Source: an uncultured archaeon (GTDB taxonomy: Archaea; Altiarchaeota; Altiarchaeia; JAFGQM01). From it: a DNA stretch of 64,000 nt. The translations under genes were made by a program, and so were the position numbers. The notes beneath the pieces are model-generated. The model ran no database searches and was not told the origin of the DNA. It was given only the letters and a program-made list of their open reading frames with translations. Within the stretch, counting starts at the first letter, position 1, and every line of letters begins with the position of its first letter. Shown one piece after another: positions 1 to 8,933 of this stretch. The DNA is taken from the NCBI GenBank assembly GCA_964619365.1, contig CAZUDQ010000001.1, forward strand, positions 50,929-114,928, in the 5' to 3' direction.

Positions 1-1387
1 GGGGTGGCGGGACTTGTAAAGTTATTGTTATTGTCTCATTGTCATCTGGGTCTAATTCAAACATTTTTTTTGCCGTCATATAACCACTGGGAACGTCTGT
101 TACTTTTATGTAAAGCTTTCTGTTGGCGGGAGCATCCAGGTAGTCTGTATACCCCTCTGAATCATAATACATGTTGCCTATTTTTGAGTCGTTCTGGTCT
201 AAGAAAAGTTCGATTGTGACATCATCCGTAACCGAAGTGTTATCCACCAATACTCTTGCCCGCACCTCTGCCACAAGATTACATTCTACATGTGCCACTT
301 TTGTTACAGTTTGTCCAGCAGGAACCTGAATCGGTCCTACTCTTGGACCTGGCGCACATCCAGAAGGTGCGTCGGTAACACCCACATAATATTGTTTTGA
401 TGGGTCTGCATTAAACACTCCGCAACGAGTATTAACAGTACCTGACATAAGCTCGCAATCACTTATCCTATGCGTGGATTTTAACTCCCCGTCAATATCA
501 TATAACCCTATCTCACCACCTGGTGTAATTCCCTCTTCAAGGCCGCTAACACAAGCCTGTATCTTTGTATTTGACTCGTCAACTACTATTGGCTGTGTTG
601 CCACATTCATTGATATCGAGATTGTCTCAGTACTTCCATCAGTAACATAAATGGCGTTTTCCTCATTTGTATAGTCGGCATAGCCTGAGAGTTGGACTGT
701 CAAATAATAATATTCGTTTGCAGGAAGGCTTGAGAAGGTCGCGCTTCCGGCGACATACTTGCTGTTTTTGACTGTGCCCCCATTATCGTATACTCTTACT
801 GTTGCCGAAAGCGGCTCGCCTGTTGCCGAATCCTTAAGTGTTACTGAAATACTGCCCGTAACTTCTTGCTTCTTGCAATAGTCTTCTGGCAACGAAACTG
901 AAAGGGTTGACTTGTCCGCTGTTTTGATAGTGCTTGACTTGACTGGAGATGATTCACTGTCATCTGAAGAGACTTGCGCATAAACTTCTTCTGCTGAAAC
1001 GTCTTCGAATGTTGCAAACCTTGAAGGGGCGTTTTTCGTGCCAAAACTTGTTCCATCAGCACTCTTCAATGTTATGTCTAAGGACGTACAGGAATAGCCA
1101 CCCTGTACATAAACCCTTATGTCTTTTTCAGTGGTCTTTGTTGTAGGTTCACGACAGGCACCACAGTCCTCCGGGCAAGAAGAACAATTCTCGGGCTCGA
1201 CACAGAGCGCATCGCCACACTCCGTTGCAGGAGCGCTCGAGCCACCCATCATAAGAAGTGCTGCGATGATGGCGATAACTGCTACAATCGCTGCTGGAAA
1301 AACTATCGGGGGAATTCCTTTCTCGTCAAAGAACTCTCCAAGATGCACTTTATCGAGTAAGTCCCACAGGGTGTCGTCAAGGGTCAA
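1..1387 (-). CDS. Large membrane-anchored surface protein, 5' part (runs off the window edge); paralog of 2849..7603 and 57947..62797
   Basis: Not in the ORF track because it has no stop in the window. Manual translation from TTG at 1387 gives MTLDDTLWDLLDKVHLGEFFDEKGIPPIVFPAAIVAVIAIIAALLMMGGSSAPATECGDALCVEPENCSSCPEDCGAC..., open to base 2. It has the same N-terminus, TM helix and Cys motif as the two complete paralogs. Confidence 0.85.
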   Translation of the reverse strand, partial: MTLDDTLWDLLDKVHLGEFFDEKGIPPIVFPAAIVAVIAIIAALLMMGGSSAPATECGDALCVEPENCSSCPEDCGACREPTTKTTEKDIRVYVQGGYSCTSLDITLKSADGTSFGTKNAPSRFATFEDVSAEEVYAQVSSDDSESSPVKSSTIKTADKSTLSVSLPEDYCKKQEVTGSISVTLKDSATGEPLSATVRVYDNGGTVKNSKYVAGSATFSSLPANEYYYLTVQLSGYADYTNEENAIYVTDGSTETISISMNVATQPIVVDESNTKIQACVSGLEEGITPGGEIGLYDIDGELKSTHRISDCELMSGTVNTRCGVFNADPSKQYYVGVTDAPSGCAPGPRVGPIQVPAGQTVTKVAHVECNLVAEVRARVLVDNTSVTDDVTIELFLDQNDSKIGNMYYDSEGYTDYLDAPANRKLYIKVTDVPSGYMTAKKMFELDPDDNETITITLQVPPP

Positions 1388-1430
1388 TTTAAATGTAGAA
1401 GAATTATCGGGAGATGCTTAAAAAGTTTCT

Positions 1431-2822
1431 TTATGCGCTTTTGTTTCCAATAATCTTCATATCCATCCATAAAAGCCTTCCTTCCAGCCATGTCGTGATA
1501 TTGGAGATTTGCTCGTCAAAAGACATGTTTACTCCTGGGTACCATCTTAAATAGTCGCGCGCCGCAGGTTCTGGTAAGCCCTTTGTCAAATTTGTTATTG
1601 TCGCGTTGATGTTTGATTCTGAAAACGAATCCTGCCTTAAATTTTTCCAGAGGCCAGAGGCCAATTCGCGGTTGTCGTCTTTAAAGAGCTCATCAAACGT
1701 TCCAAAGTGCTCAGCGCCCCATCCTTCTGTTGATACGGGGGGTGCATTAAATGCGCGGTCAAAATCCCATTCCGGACCAAAGTGGAGAGTCCCTTGCGAT
1801 TCTGGGATATACATATATGTACTTGCCCACATGATGTCGGCATTGCGCGCAAGCTCGTTTAAAAGATAATGCTTGGCAAAGCTTTCCATATCAACAAAAT
1901 CCGAAAGATAGTCCTTATCAAACTTTAGGGCAAGAAGCATCTTTTTGAAGAAAGATTCAATCCAATCTTTTTGTTCTTGGTTTAGGTCCTCTTGTTTTGG
2001 ATATTCAAAAAGTATATGGCCATCGTAGCATCCCCAGCTGATATTAAAATATTCTTCTCCGGGCTCGATGTGGTCTAATTTTACCAGCCATCCCCCGCCA
2101 ATGTCAGGATAAGTTGTGGCATTCTTCTGCATCTTTTCAATATCCACTCTGTTTTTATCCCGCTTGATTTTTTCAGCAAACGTATAGACACCCATATAAT
2201 CCTCCGGGGAAAGCTCCGAATCATTTGAGACAAATACTTCGACAAGTTTTGTTCTCATCGCAAGAAGACCTATGTCACCTGCAAGAGCGTAGGCAAGCGC
2301 GTGGCGGATATGGCTTTTGTCATAATCATATGTCGCGACAAGCACCCAGTCAGACTCTTTTGGCATTCCAAAGGGTTCTATGTTCTTATCCTCGCCTTCG
2401 GCGTCCCATGCTTCTATATTATAGGATTTCTTCGGCCAGGAGAGTGCGGTGTTTCCCCTTAGTTTTATTCCGGCAAGTGTAGACAAATCCGGAGTATCCT
2501 CAAGGGAGGACGTCTCGTTTTTAAGATAGTAAAAATCTGCTTGGGACCAGAGTCTTTTAGAGTCGTTATAGGTTTTATTCTCAAGCTTATGGATTACAAT
2601 AATCGGTATTGTAGATGAGAAGTTCAGTTTTGAAGGAATTATTGGTTTTGGGTTGTTTTGAACAACTTGGATATTCTTAAATTCGCTTATATCCTGAGAA
2701 GAAATGCTTGTATTTTGAACTGCTTGCTCTGTTTTTGGAAAAACAAGAAAAATAATTAGAATTAGGATACATATTGTTAAGAAAAGGGGGAGGATTATCC
2801 TTGAATCAAAACTTTTTGGCAT
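1431..2822 (-). CDS. CotH kinase family protein with N-terminal membrane anchor/signal
   Basis: CotH-type motifs IKLRGN..WPKKSYNIE, DWVL.A.YD.DKS.IR..LAY, Y.GVY...EKIKR, N.D, GPEWDFDRAF; hydrophobic N-terminal helix. Confidence 0.88.
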   Translation of the reverse strand: MPKSFDSRIILPLFLTICILILIIFLVFPKTEQAVQNTSISSQDISEFKNIQVVQNNPKPIIPSKLNFSSTIPIIVIHKLENKTYNDSKRLWSQADFYYLKNETSSLEDTPDLSTLAGIKLRGNTALSWPKKSYNIEAWDAEGEDKNIEPFGMPKESDWVLVATYDYDKSHIRHALAYALAGDIGLLAMRTKLVEVFVSNDSELSPEDYMGVYTFAEKIKRDKNRVDIEKMQKNATTYPDIGGGWLVKLDHIEPGEEYFNISWGCYDGHILFEYPKQEDLNQEQKDWIESFFKKMLLALKFDKDYLSDFVDMESFAKHYLLNELARNADIMWASTYMYIPESQGTLHFGPEWDFDRAFNAPPVSTEGWGAEHFGTFDELFKDDNRELASGLWKNLRQDSFSESNINATITNLTKGLPEPAARDYLRWYPGVNMSFDEQISNITTWLEGRLLWMDMKIIGNKSA

Positions 2823-2848
2823 GGTTTACTTTTGATTAGATTTAATCC

Positions 2849-5800
2849 CTAAAAATCTATTTCTACTGGCGAATATATTCTGGCAAACTCTTCTATGTTG
2901 GGAACGTAATTTTCTATCATATAACTATAAAGCTCTTGTCCGGATGCAATGACCTCTATTAGGTCAAGATCTGTACCCATGAATTCAGAGCCTAACTCAA
3001 ATTTGTAATATCCTTTTGGCCAAAAGACGTATGAAAGTTCTTCTCCCAAATTAGTTTTCATATTTGAGTCGAAAAAAGCCTTCACCCACTCGCCTTGTAA
3101 TATCTCTACATATTTATTGTCATCTTTGGAGAGTTCAGTATAAACCTCTTTTCCTGAACTGTCAACAGCGTTTAGCATGGGCAATTCAATAACTGAAGAA
3201 GGCTCTATATCTGAGAAATCGGCTGCGATATAATCTATGCTAAACCCACCTATTGGCGAGGTTAGTCTCACTCTAAGATTACTTTCTTTTGTTGGGATGG
3301 TAACTGATATTTTCCCGGCATCTCCTGCAAAAGCATAGCCAAAATAATGTTTTCCTGCTAAAATCCATTTGCCGTCTTTTTCATATTCTATCCAGACTTT
3401 TCCATTCCGGTCAATAAATGAATCAAGAGCATTCAATATAGGTAAGGTTAGTATCCCATAAGGTTTTTCTTTTAGAGTTTCTTCTACCCCCCACCACATG
3501 AAGACAAGCATGTCCGTTACAGTGCCTTTAAGTATTAATTTTGCTTCTTTTGCTCCATTTGGGACTTCAAAGTCCACATAGACTGGATCATATATGTTGT
3601 CAGGGTTTTTGGGGGGTGAGAGCTTAAGATCGTACACATACATTTTTCCCTCAGGTTCTGCGACATAATCCAAACAGTCTACGCCGTATTTTGTGATACA
3701 TGACTTTGGTTCCTGTGGAGAAATTATAACAGTATTAGAGCCGTCAATGTCAGGTACAATTTCGCTTCCTTTTGGATGAGAAACTGCGAAAAGGCGCATA
3801 GTGTTTATGTTTGTTGTATCAGGAAGTGCCTGTGCTATTGCAACTGTAAGTATGCCATTTGTTTCCTTTAACGAAGGGAGTCTTGAATAAGAATATATTT
3901 CCAACGAAGGCGACAATGACAATGGGAAGGCTACTGCCTCTAAAATATAGTTTGTTCCATCATAAGAGTATACATATGGACATTCGTCGTCCCCTCCTTC
4001 CGATGGACAGGGGGCATCACCTCCTTGACAATCATTATCCCAGCCATCCTCACATTTTTCACCTGGCAGAGTATTTTCAGGATAAAATTCATACCACTGG
4101 CTTTCTGAACATTTCCAGGTGTTTCCATTACATGAGAACCATTGGCACCCACGGTCTTTTGTGCAGGCTGGCGGGAATTCGGATTTTTTGAACCATTGGT
4201 ACCCACCTTCATCCCAGCTCGCGTCACGACAGATCTCAAAATCGTCGTCTTTTAAATCTTCGGCATAAACGCCCTTTATGTTTCTTAACATTTCACACGG
4301 CGTAGTCTCGGTGCAAGCACATGATGGATCTTCATCATCTAAAAGTCCGTCGCAATTGTTGTCATATCCATCATAGCATACTTCAAGCGTACTGTATGCC
4401 CCTTCCGGTAAGTTTTCATCACAATCAAGGCAGACAAGCCAATCTTCAGAATTTCCCCAAAGATAACTGTTTAGGCATACAAGATCCTGCTCATCTATTA
4501 TACCATCTGAGTTGACGTCCGCACATTCTGCAATCGGTAAATCTGGTGTCAGATATCCATATACAATAAGCGCTATTACTGCATAATCAAGTTCGTCTAT
4601 CTTACCGTCATTATTTATGTCCCCCTTATTCCCACACTGGAGCCTAAAGACGCCCATACATTCAGCCGGGATATTTTCAGAAAGTGATATTTCGCCCCTT
4701 AAGCCATCATCGAAATCCAGTGATTCAAACTTCTTCAGACAGTCAAGATCAATCTGACCTATCGTCCCGTCCCAGTTAAAGTCGATAAGGGCAAGAACCT
4801 CTGTTGTTGGTGTAACTCCACTACGTACGGCAAGAACAGCTTTTTCCATGAGTTCAATATCAATTTCGTCTATTACTTTGTCACGATTAAAGTCGCCAGG
4901 TATCGGGGAATCAAGTTTTATGTCAAAACAAAAACCGCCTTTGAGTTGGCTTGAACAGGTATCTTCCTCCGTCCCCGCATCACCAATCCATTTGCCTGAT
5001 ATTATATTTGCAAGGCACGTAAGGTCGTCGTTATCGATATCATTGTCGTTATCAATGTCTCCGCATGCAAGGTAATTTTGAAGTTCGTCTTCTGAAAGTC
5101 TTGATATTACTTCTGACATTATTGTTTTATCGTTATATGCGCCTGAAGAATCAAGATAACAGTTATTGTTCCAGTCACCCTTCGATGCCAATTCTGAAAG
5201 GCAATGGGCGATTGAGACTTCACCTGCAAGACCCCATCCATCTTCAAAGCAGTTTATTGTCTCGCGCTCTGAGTGCATAAGGTCGTCTTTATGGGATTTC
5301 ACACATTCTCTGACGTCAGAGGGCGAAGCGCAATTTGAAATCTCGCACTTACTTGACCTCTCAAAATCCTCATTTGACACGTATACCTTCTCTTCTCCGA
5401 CTTTTCTCCCGCCGACTTTGAATACTATCGCATATATCCCCTCTTCATCTGACGCGTCAAATGAGGCAGAATATGCGCGCGTGGAATTATCCCAAAACAT
5501 CATCTGACTCTCGCCATTAAATTCGGCAAAGAGGTTTGTTAGGTCTTCGACGTACTCCGACCCCATTTTCAGTTTAGCTGTGACTGAGAAAAGTTCACCG
5601 GGGTCAGGGAACCTCTGGCTGACTGTTGAATCGATTGTGAGTGTCTCGCGTGTTGGCATAGAGCGTATGCCAGCTACTGTAAAGGTGCCTGAATAATATT
5701 TTCCATCCACCACTTTTCCAAGGTCAATTACAAGTGAATGGTCTCCTGTGAAGGGTGAATTAAGGTCAACATAAAAGAAGCCTTCGTCTTCCCCAAGGGG

Positions 5801-7603
5801 TAATATTCCAAGGTCTATCTCACCTTCATCGTATGTTGCAATGACGTTTGATGTGAAATCACCGGTCAGCGCGCTTCCATTAAAGGTTATTCCAAGAGGT
5901 ATTCTTATTGGCGCTTCTGCGTCAGTTAAGGTAAGCGGCACGACTGTAAAGAGTCCATCTCCAGCTTCATATACACTTATATTCTTTTGGATTACTCCGA
6001 TGCAATTATCTACTGTTGCTGATATTACAAGAAGATGTTTTCCGCTTATCGGAGTTGGTGAGACGCATACAACAGAAGTTCCTTCTCTCGAGCAATTTCC
6101 TCCGCTAAATCCAACAGCATAACTTGCAGTCTGCGTCACGTCTTCCCCGTTGCATGTCGCCTTGGTAAACCCTGCGCGGAAGTCCTCATCATTTATTGCG
6201 ATATTTGGATAGTACACTCCGCTAAAAATTATTTCAGAGGGGATTGAGTCAAGTCTTATTGTAACAGTCTTGTTGTAATACGGTTTGACTGACAGGTTTG
6301 AAGTCGTCGCGTCCATATAATCCTCAACGCCAGTTACTATGAAATAGAAGTCTTTTGTAGAATCTACCTCCACGTATTCTGTGAAATTGCCTTCGGTCTT
6401 AAGGGAATCATACTCTCCATTGCCACCTATGCGCTCACCGTCTTCATAAAATAGGTTTATTGTGGCATCTTCTGTCAAAATCTCACTGTCTGCTCCGATT
6501 ATTTTTGCTCGTACTGCAGATATAAAATTGCATGTAACCTCTAAATTCAGGGTATTAGAATCAATAGGTATTGTTGCCTGTGATGCGACGCATCCATCTT
6601 CAATGCCCACTGCTTTTATGTAACCAGTCTGCCCAGTTGGAAGCTCTACTTCAACGCAACCTGACGAATCTGTGTCATATTGACCAAGGCTTATTCCTGC
6701 AAGTGAATATATCTCTATTTTGGAAACTGCAGAATCCGCACATATAGTTAAAAGACCTTCGTCATCCTGTTGTCTAGGATTAAGTGAGATTTGTTTTGAT
6801 ACTGTCGTTCCTGATATCAGGCTAAATGGGTTTTTGCTACCATCATAATCCTGGTACCCTTGGCTTTCGGCCATTATGGCATAGGTTCCTGCTTCGAGTG
6901 AGAAGGTGACTTCGTTGGTGACGTCTTTTGAATCCATCACCGCATAAGCGCTTCCAGTCGGTTTTATTATAGATACCTTGCCCGGGATTATGACACCTGT
7001 TGATGATTCAAGAAGAACAACACGTATGTAGCCCGTGCCAAGTCCCATGTCTTTTTCACTTTCTTTCTCGAAGAAATCTGAGGATAAAAGAATATTTAAA
7101 ATCGTTTCATCTTCATCTATTGTAAAGAAATCAGAGTTTCTGGTTTTTCCGTTCGCAGAGTTTCGGACAACTGCCCTCACTGCATCTGCTTTTGTGGGAA
7201 TTGAAAATGTAAATTCTGCTTTCTGCCCAGATTTTTGCTGTAAAGTCGAGCCTGATGCATCCTGAAGACTAACTGTGACTGAGGATTCTATTGGGGCTCC
7301 CGAAAGAAGGACTATAAACTTTTTTGAAGGGACTGTAATCTCAGTATCACGACACTCGCCACAGTCCTCTGGACATGATGAACATGTTTCGTTCTCAGAG
7401 CAAAGACCGTCACCACACTCATCAACTGGGGCTACACTTGGTCCAGACATCAGGAACAATGCGAGGATTGCAACTACAATGATTAGAGCTATTGGAAAAA
7501 CTAATGGTGGGATGTGATGCTTATCAAAAAACGCGCCTAGTTTGACGGCATCTAAGACGGGCCATAAAGAATCATTTAACTTGTCTAGTATTCCTGGTGA
7601 CAT
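2849..7603 (-). CDS. 1584-aa membrane-anchored acidic surface protein with three dockerin-like domains, Cys-rich motifs and a C-terminal CPYVYSYDG module
   Basis: N-terminal TM; CGDGxCxxxExCxxCPEDC; beta-rich central part; three paired Ca-loop motifs (e.g. GDINNDGKIDELD...ADVNSDGIIDEQD); ExCxDGxDNxC motifs. Confidence 0.8.
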   Translation of the reverse strand: MSPGILDKLNDSLWPVLDAVKLGAFFDKHHIPPLVFPIALIIVVAILALFLMSGPSVAPVDECGDGLCSENETCSSCPEDCGECRDTEITVPSKKFIVLLSGAPIESSVTVSLQDASGSTLQQKSGQKAEFTFSIPTKADAVRAVVRNSANGKTRNSDFFTIDEDETILNILLSSDFFEKESEKDMGLGTGYIRVVLLESSTGVIIPGKVSIIKPTGSAYAVMDSKDVTNEVTFSLEAGTYAIMAESQGYQDYDGSKNPFSLISGTTVSKQISLNPRQQDDEGLLTICADSAVSKIEIYSLAGISLGQYDTDSSGCVEVELPTGQTGYIKAVGIEDGCVASQATIPIDSNTLNLEVTCNFISAVRAKIIGADSEILTEDATINLFYEDGERIGGNGEYDSLKTEGNFTEYVEVDSTKDFYFIVTGVEDYMDATTSNLSVKPYYNKTVTIRLDSIPSEIIFSGVYYPNIAINDEDFRAGFTKATCNGEDVTQTASYAVGFSGGNCSREGTSVVCVSPTPISGKHLLVISATVDNCIGVIQKNISVYEAGDGLFTVVPLTLTDAEAPIRIPLGITFNGSALTGDFTSNVIATYDEGEIDLGILPLGEDEGFFYVDLNSPFTGDHSLVIDLGKVVDGKYYSGTFTVAGIRSMPTRETLTIDSTVSQRFPDPGELFSVTAKLKMGSEYVEDLTNLFAEFNGESQMMFWDNSTRAYSASFDASDEEGIYAIVFKVGGRKVGEEKVYVSNEDFERSSKCEISNCASPSDVRECVKSHKDDLMHSERETINCFEDGWGLAGEVSIAHCLSELASKGDWNNNCYLDSSGAYNDKTIMSEVISRLSEDELQNYLACGDIDNDNDIDNDDLTCLANIISGKWIGDAGTEEDTCSSQLKGGFCFDIKLDSPIPGDFNRDKVIDEIDIELMEKAVLAVRSGVTPTTEVLALIDFNWDGTIGQIDLDCLKKFESLDFDDGLRGEISLSENIPAECMGVFRLQCGNKGDINNDGKIDELDYAVIALIVYGYLTPDLPIAECADVNSDGIIDEQDLVCLNSYLWGNSEDWLVCLDCDENLPEGAYSTLEVCYDGYDNNCDGLLDDEDPSCACTETTPCEMLRNIKGVYAEDLKDDDFEICRDASWDEGGYQWFKKSEFPPACTKDRGCQWFSCNGNTWKCSESQWYEFYPENTLPGEKCEDGWDNDCQGGDAPCPSEGGDDECPYVYSYDGTNYILEAVAFPLSLSPSLEIYSYSRLPSLKETNGILTVAIAQALPDTTNINTMRLFAVSHPKGSEIVPDIDGSNTVIISPQEPKSCITKYGVDCLDYVAEPEGKMYVYDLKLSPPKNPDNIYDPVYVDFEVPNGAKEAKLILKGTVTDMLVFMWWGVEETLKEKPYGILTLPILNALDSFIDRNGKVWIEYEKDGKWILAGKHYFGYAFAGDAGKISVTIPTKESNLRVRLTSPIGGFSIDYIAADFSDIEPSSVIELPMLNAVDSSGKEVYTELSKDDNKYVEILQGEWVKAFFDSNMKTNLGEELSYVFWPKGYYKFELGSEFMGTDLDLIEVIASGQELYSYMIENYVPNIEEFARIYSPVEIDF

Positions 7604-7634
7604 TTCGGCTCGTAAGTATTTAGGGTGAGCCGAA
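7604..7634. promoter_or_regulatory. 8-bp perfect inverted repeat between putative TATA element and start codon; possible operator
   Basis: TTCGGCTC (7604-7611), 15-nt spacer, GAGCCGAA (7627-7634); minus-strand TTTTTATT at 7633-7640. Confidence 0.4.
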
Positions 7635-7665
7635 TAAAAACAATTTCTTTTAATCAGAAAAATTA

Positions 7666-7728
7666 GGTGGCGGGGGGAAAGAATCAGATAACCAACTGGA
7701 GGAAAGGCATCCGCTTACCACCCCCGCC
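7666..7728 (-). ncRNA. Candidate small structured RNA closed by a GC-only stem
   Basis: Minus strand GGCGGGGG...CCCCCGCC(ACC) in an AT-rich intergenic gap; TTTTTAT about 24 nt upstream. Confidence 0.3.
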
Positions 7729-7764
7729 TTGGCTTATCTATAAAGTAAAAGGATAAAAAGATTA

Positions 7765-8832
7765 TTATATTATTCCGGCACCTATAAGGAGTGATATTAT
7801 AAAGCTTGAATAAAGTGCCAAAAGCAAAATTCCTTCCGGCCAGTTAATTTTCCAGCGCCATCGTATGAAAACAAGAATAAGCGATGTTGTCAAAAGCAGT
7901 ACTGGTAAGGAATAGTTGAGCTCCCACTGTGTGACGGCTAAGGGGGCAACCATTGCTGAGAGTCCTCCGACAAGAGTTATGTTAAATATACTTGAGCCAA
8001 TGACGTTGCCAAGTATCATATCACCAAGACCGCGTTTAATTGAAGAGAATGATACCATAAGCTCTGGAAGGGAGGTTCCAATCGCAATTATCGTTGCCCC
8101 AATTATTGCTTCAGAAATGCCAAGTTTTGTTGCCATTTCAACAGCCTCACCGACAAGGAAATCGGCGCTTATGAGTATCAATACGGCAGCAATTGCCACA
8201 ATTATCAAGCTTCTTGTTATCCCTGCCTCATATTTTTTAGCGAGGTGAGCCTTACTTTTATCCGACTCTTTTTCAAATCCTTCTTCTACAAAGTCTGCTG
8301 TACCTTTTTCTTTAGCTACTTTTTGCTCCGGCTTTTTAACATGATATCTAAAGTGCAGCAATTTCGAGGCACCAATGCCCCGTATTCTTTTCCTGAATTC
8401 AAGAGCATAGAGTAAATAGACTATTGCCACAATAAATAATACCAACCCTTCTATCCTTCCTATGACCCCTCCCATTGCAAATATGTAAAAAACAATAACT
8501 GAAAGAAGAAGCATTAGGCAATCGCGATAAAACATCCTTTTTGTGCTCTTTATCGTCATAAGGATTGTGACAATTCCAAGATTTAGGGCAAGGTTTGACA
8601 TATCAGCGCCCACAATATTCCCAACAGCAAGCTCTGATGCCCCCGAGAAAGACGCCATTACAGCCGATGCCAGTTCTGGGAGAGATGTCCCTATCGCAAC
8701 CACGGTAAGGCCTATTATAAATTCTGATATCCCAAAGTACTCGGCTATCTTTGAAACCTCTTCGACTAGGTAATCACTTGCTTTTATAAGTACTGCAAGT
8801 GAGCCAAGCAATAGTAAGACACTGATTAACAT
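7765..8832 (-). CDS. Calcium/sodium antiporter (CaCA, YrbG family)
   Basis: Two alpha repeats GTSLPEL...GNIVGA and GTSLPEL...GNVIGS; about 10 TM helices. Start moved to ATG 8832 (MLISV). Confidence 0.92.
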   Translation of the reverse strand: MLISVLLLLGSLAVLIKASDYLVEEVSKIAEYFGISEFIIGLTVVAIGTSLPELASAVMASFSGASELAVGNIVGADMSNLALNLGIVTILMTIKSTKRMFYRDCLMLLLSVIVFYIFAMGGVIGRIEGLVLFIVAIVYLLYALEFRKRIRGIGASKLLHFRYHVKKPEQKVAKEKGTADFVEEGFEKESDKSKAHLAKKYEAGITRSLIIVAIAAVLILISADFLVGEAVEMATKLGISEAIIGATIIAIGTSLPELMVSFSSIKRGLGDMILGNVIGSSIFNITLVGGLSAMVAPLAVTQWELNYSLPVLLLTTSLILVFIRWRWKINWPEGILLLALYSSFIISLLIGAGII

Positions 8833-8933
8833 GTTTTGATTATTTGTCAAAGAACTGATTAAAAGACTCTCGTTTGCAAATGATATTTTTAAGAACCGTC
8901 GCCTTATAAATCCCACCCGTTAAAAACAATAAC

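Noticed and set aside
4-1421. Short ORFs listed at 4..219, 841..1062, 949..1146 and 1119..1421
   Set aside because: All overlap the long minus-strand surface-protein frame 1..1387, which is supported by paralogy.
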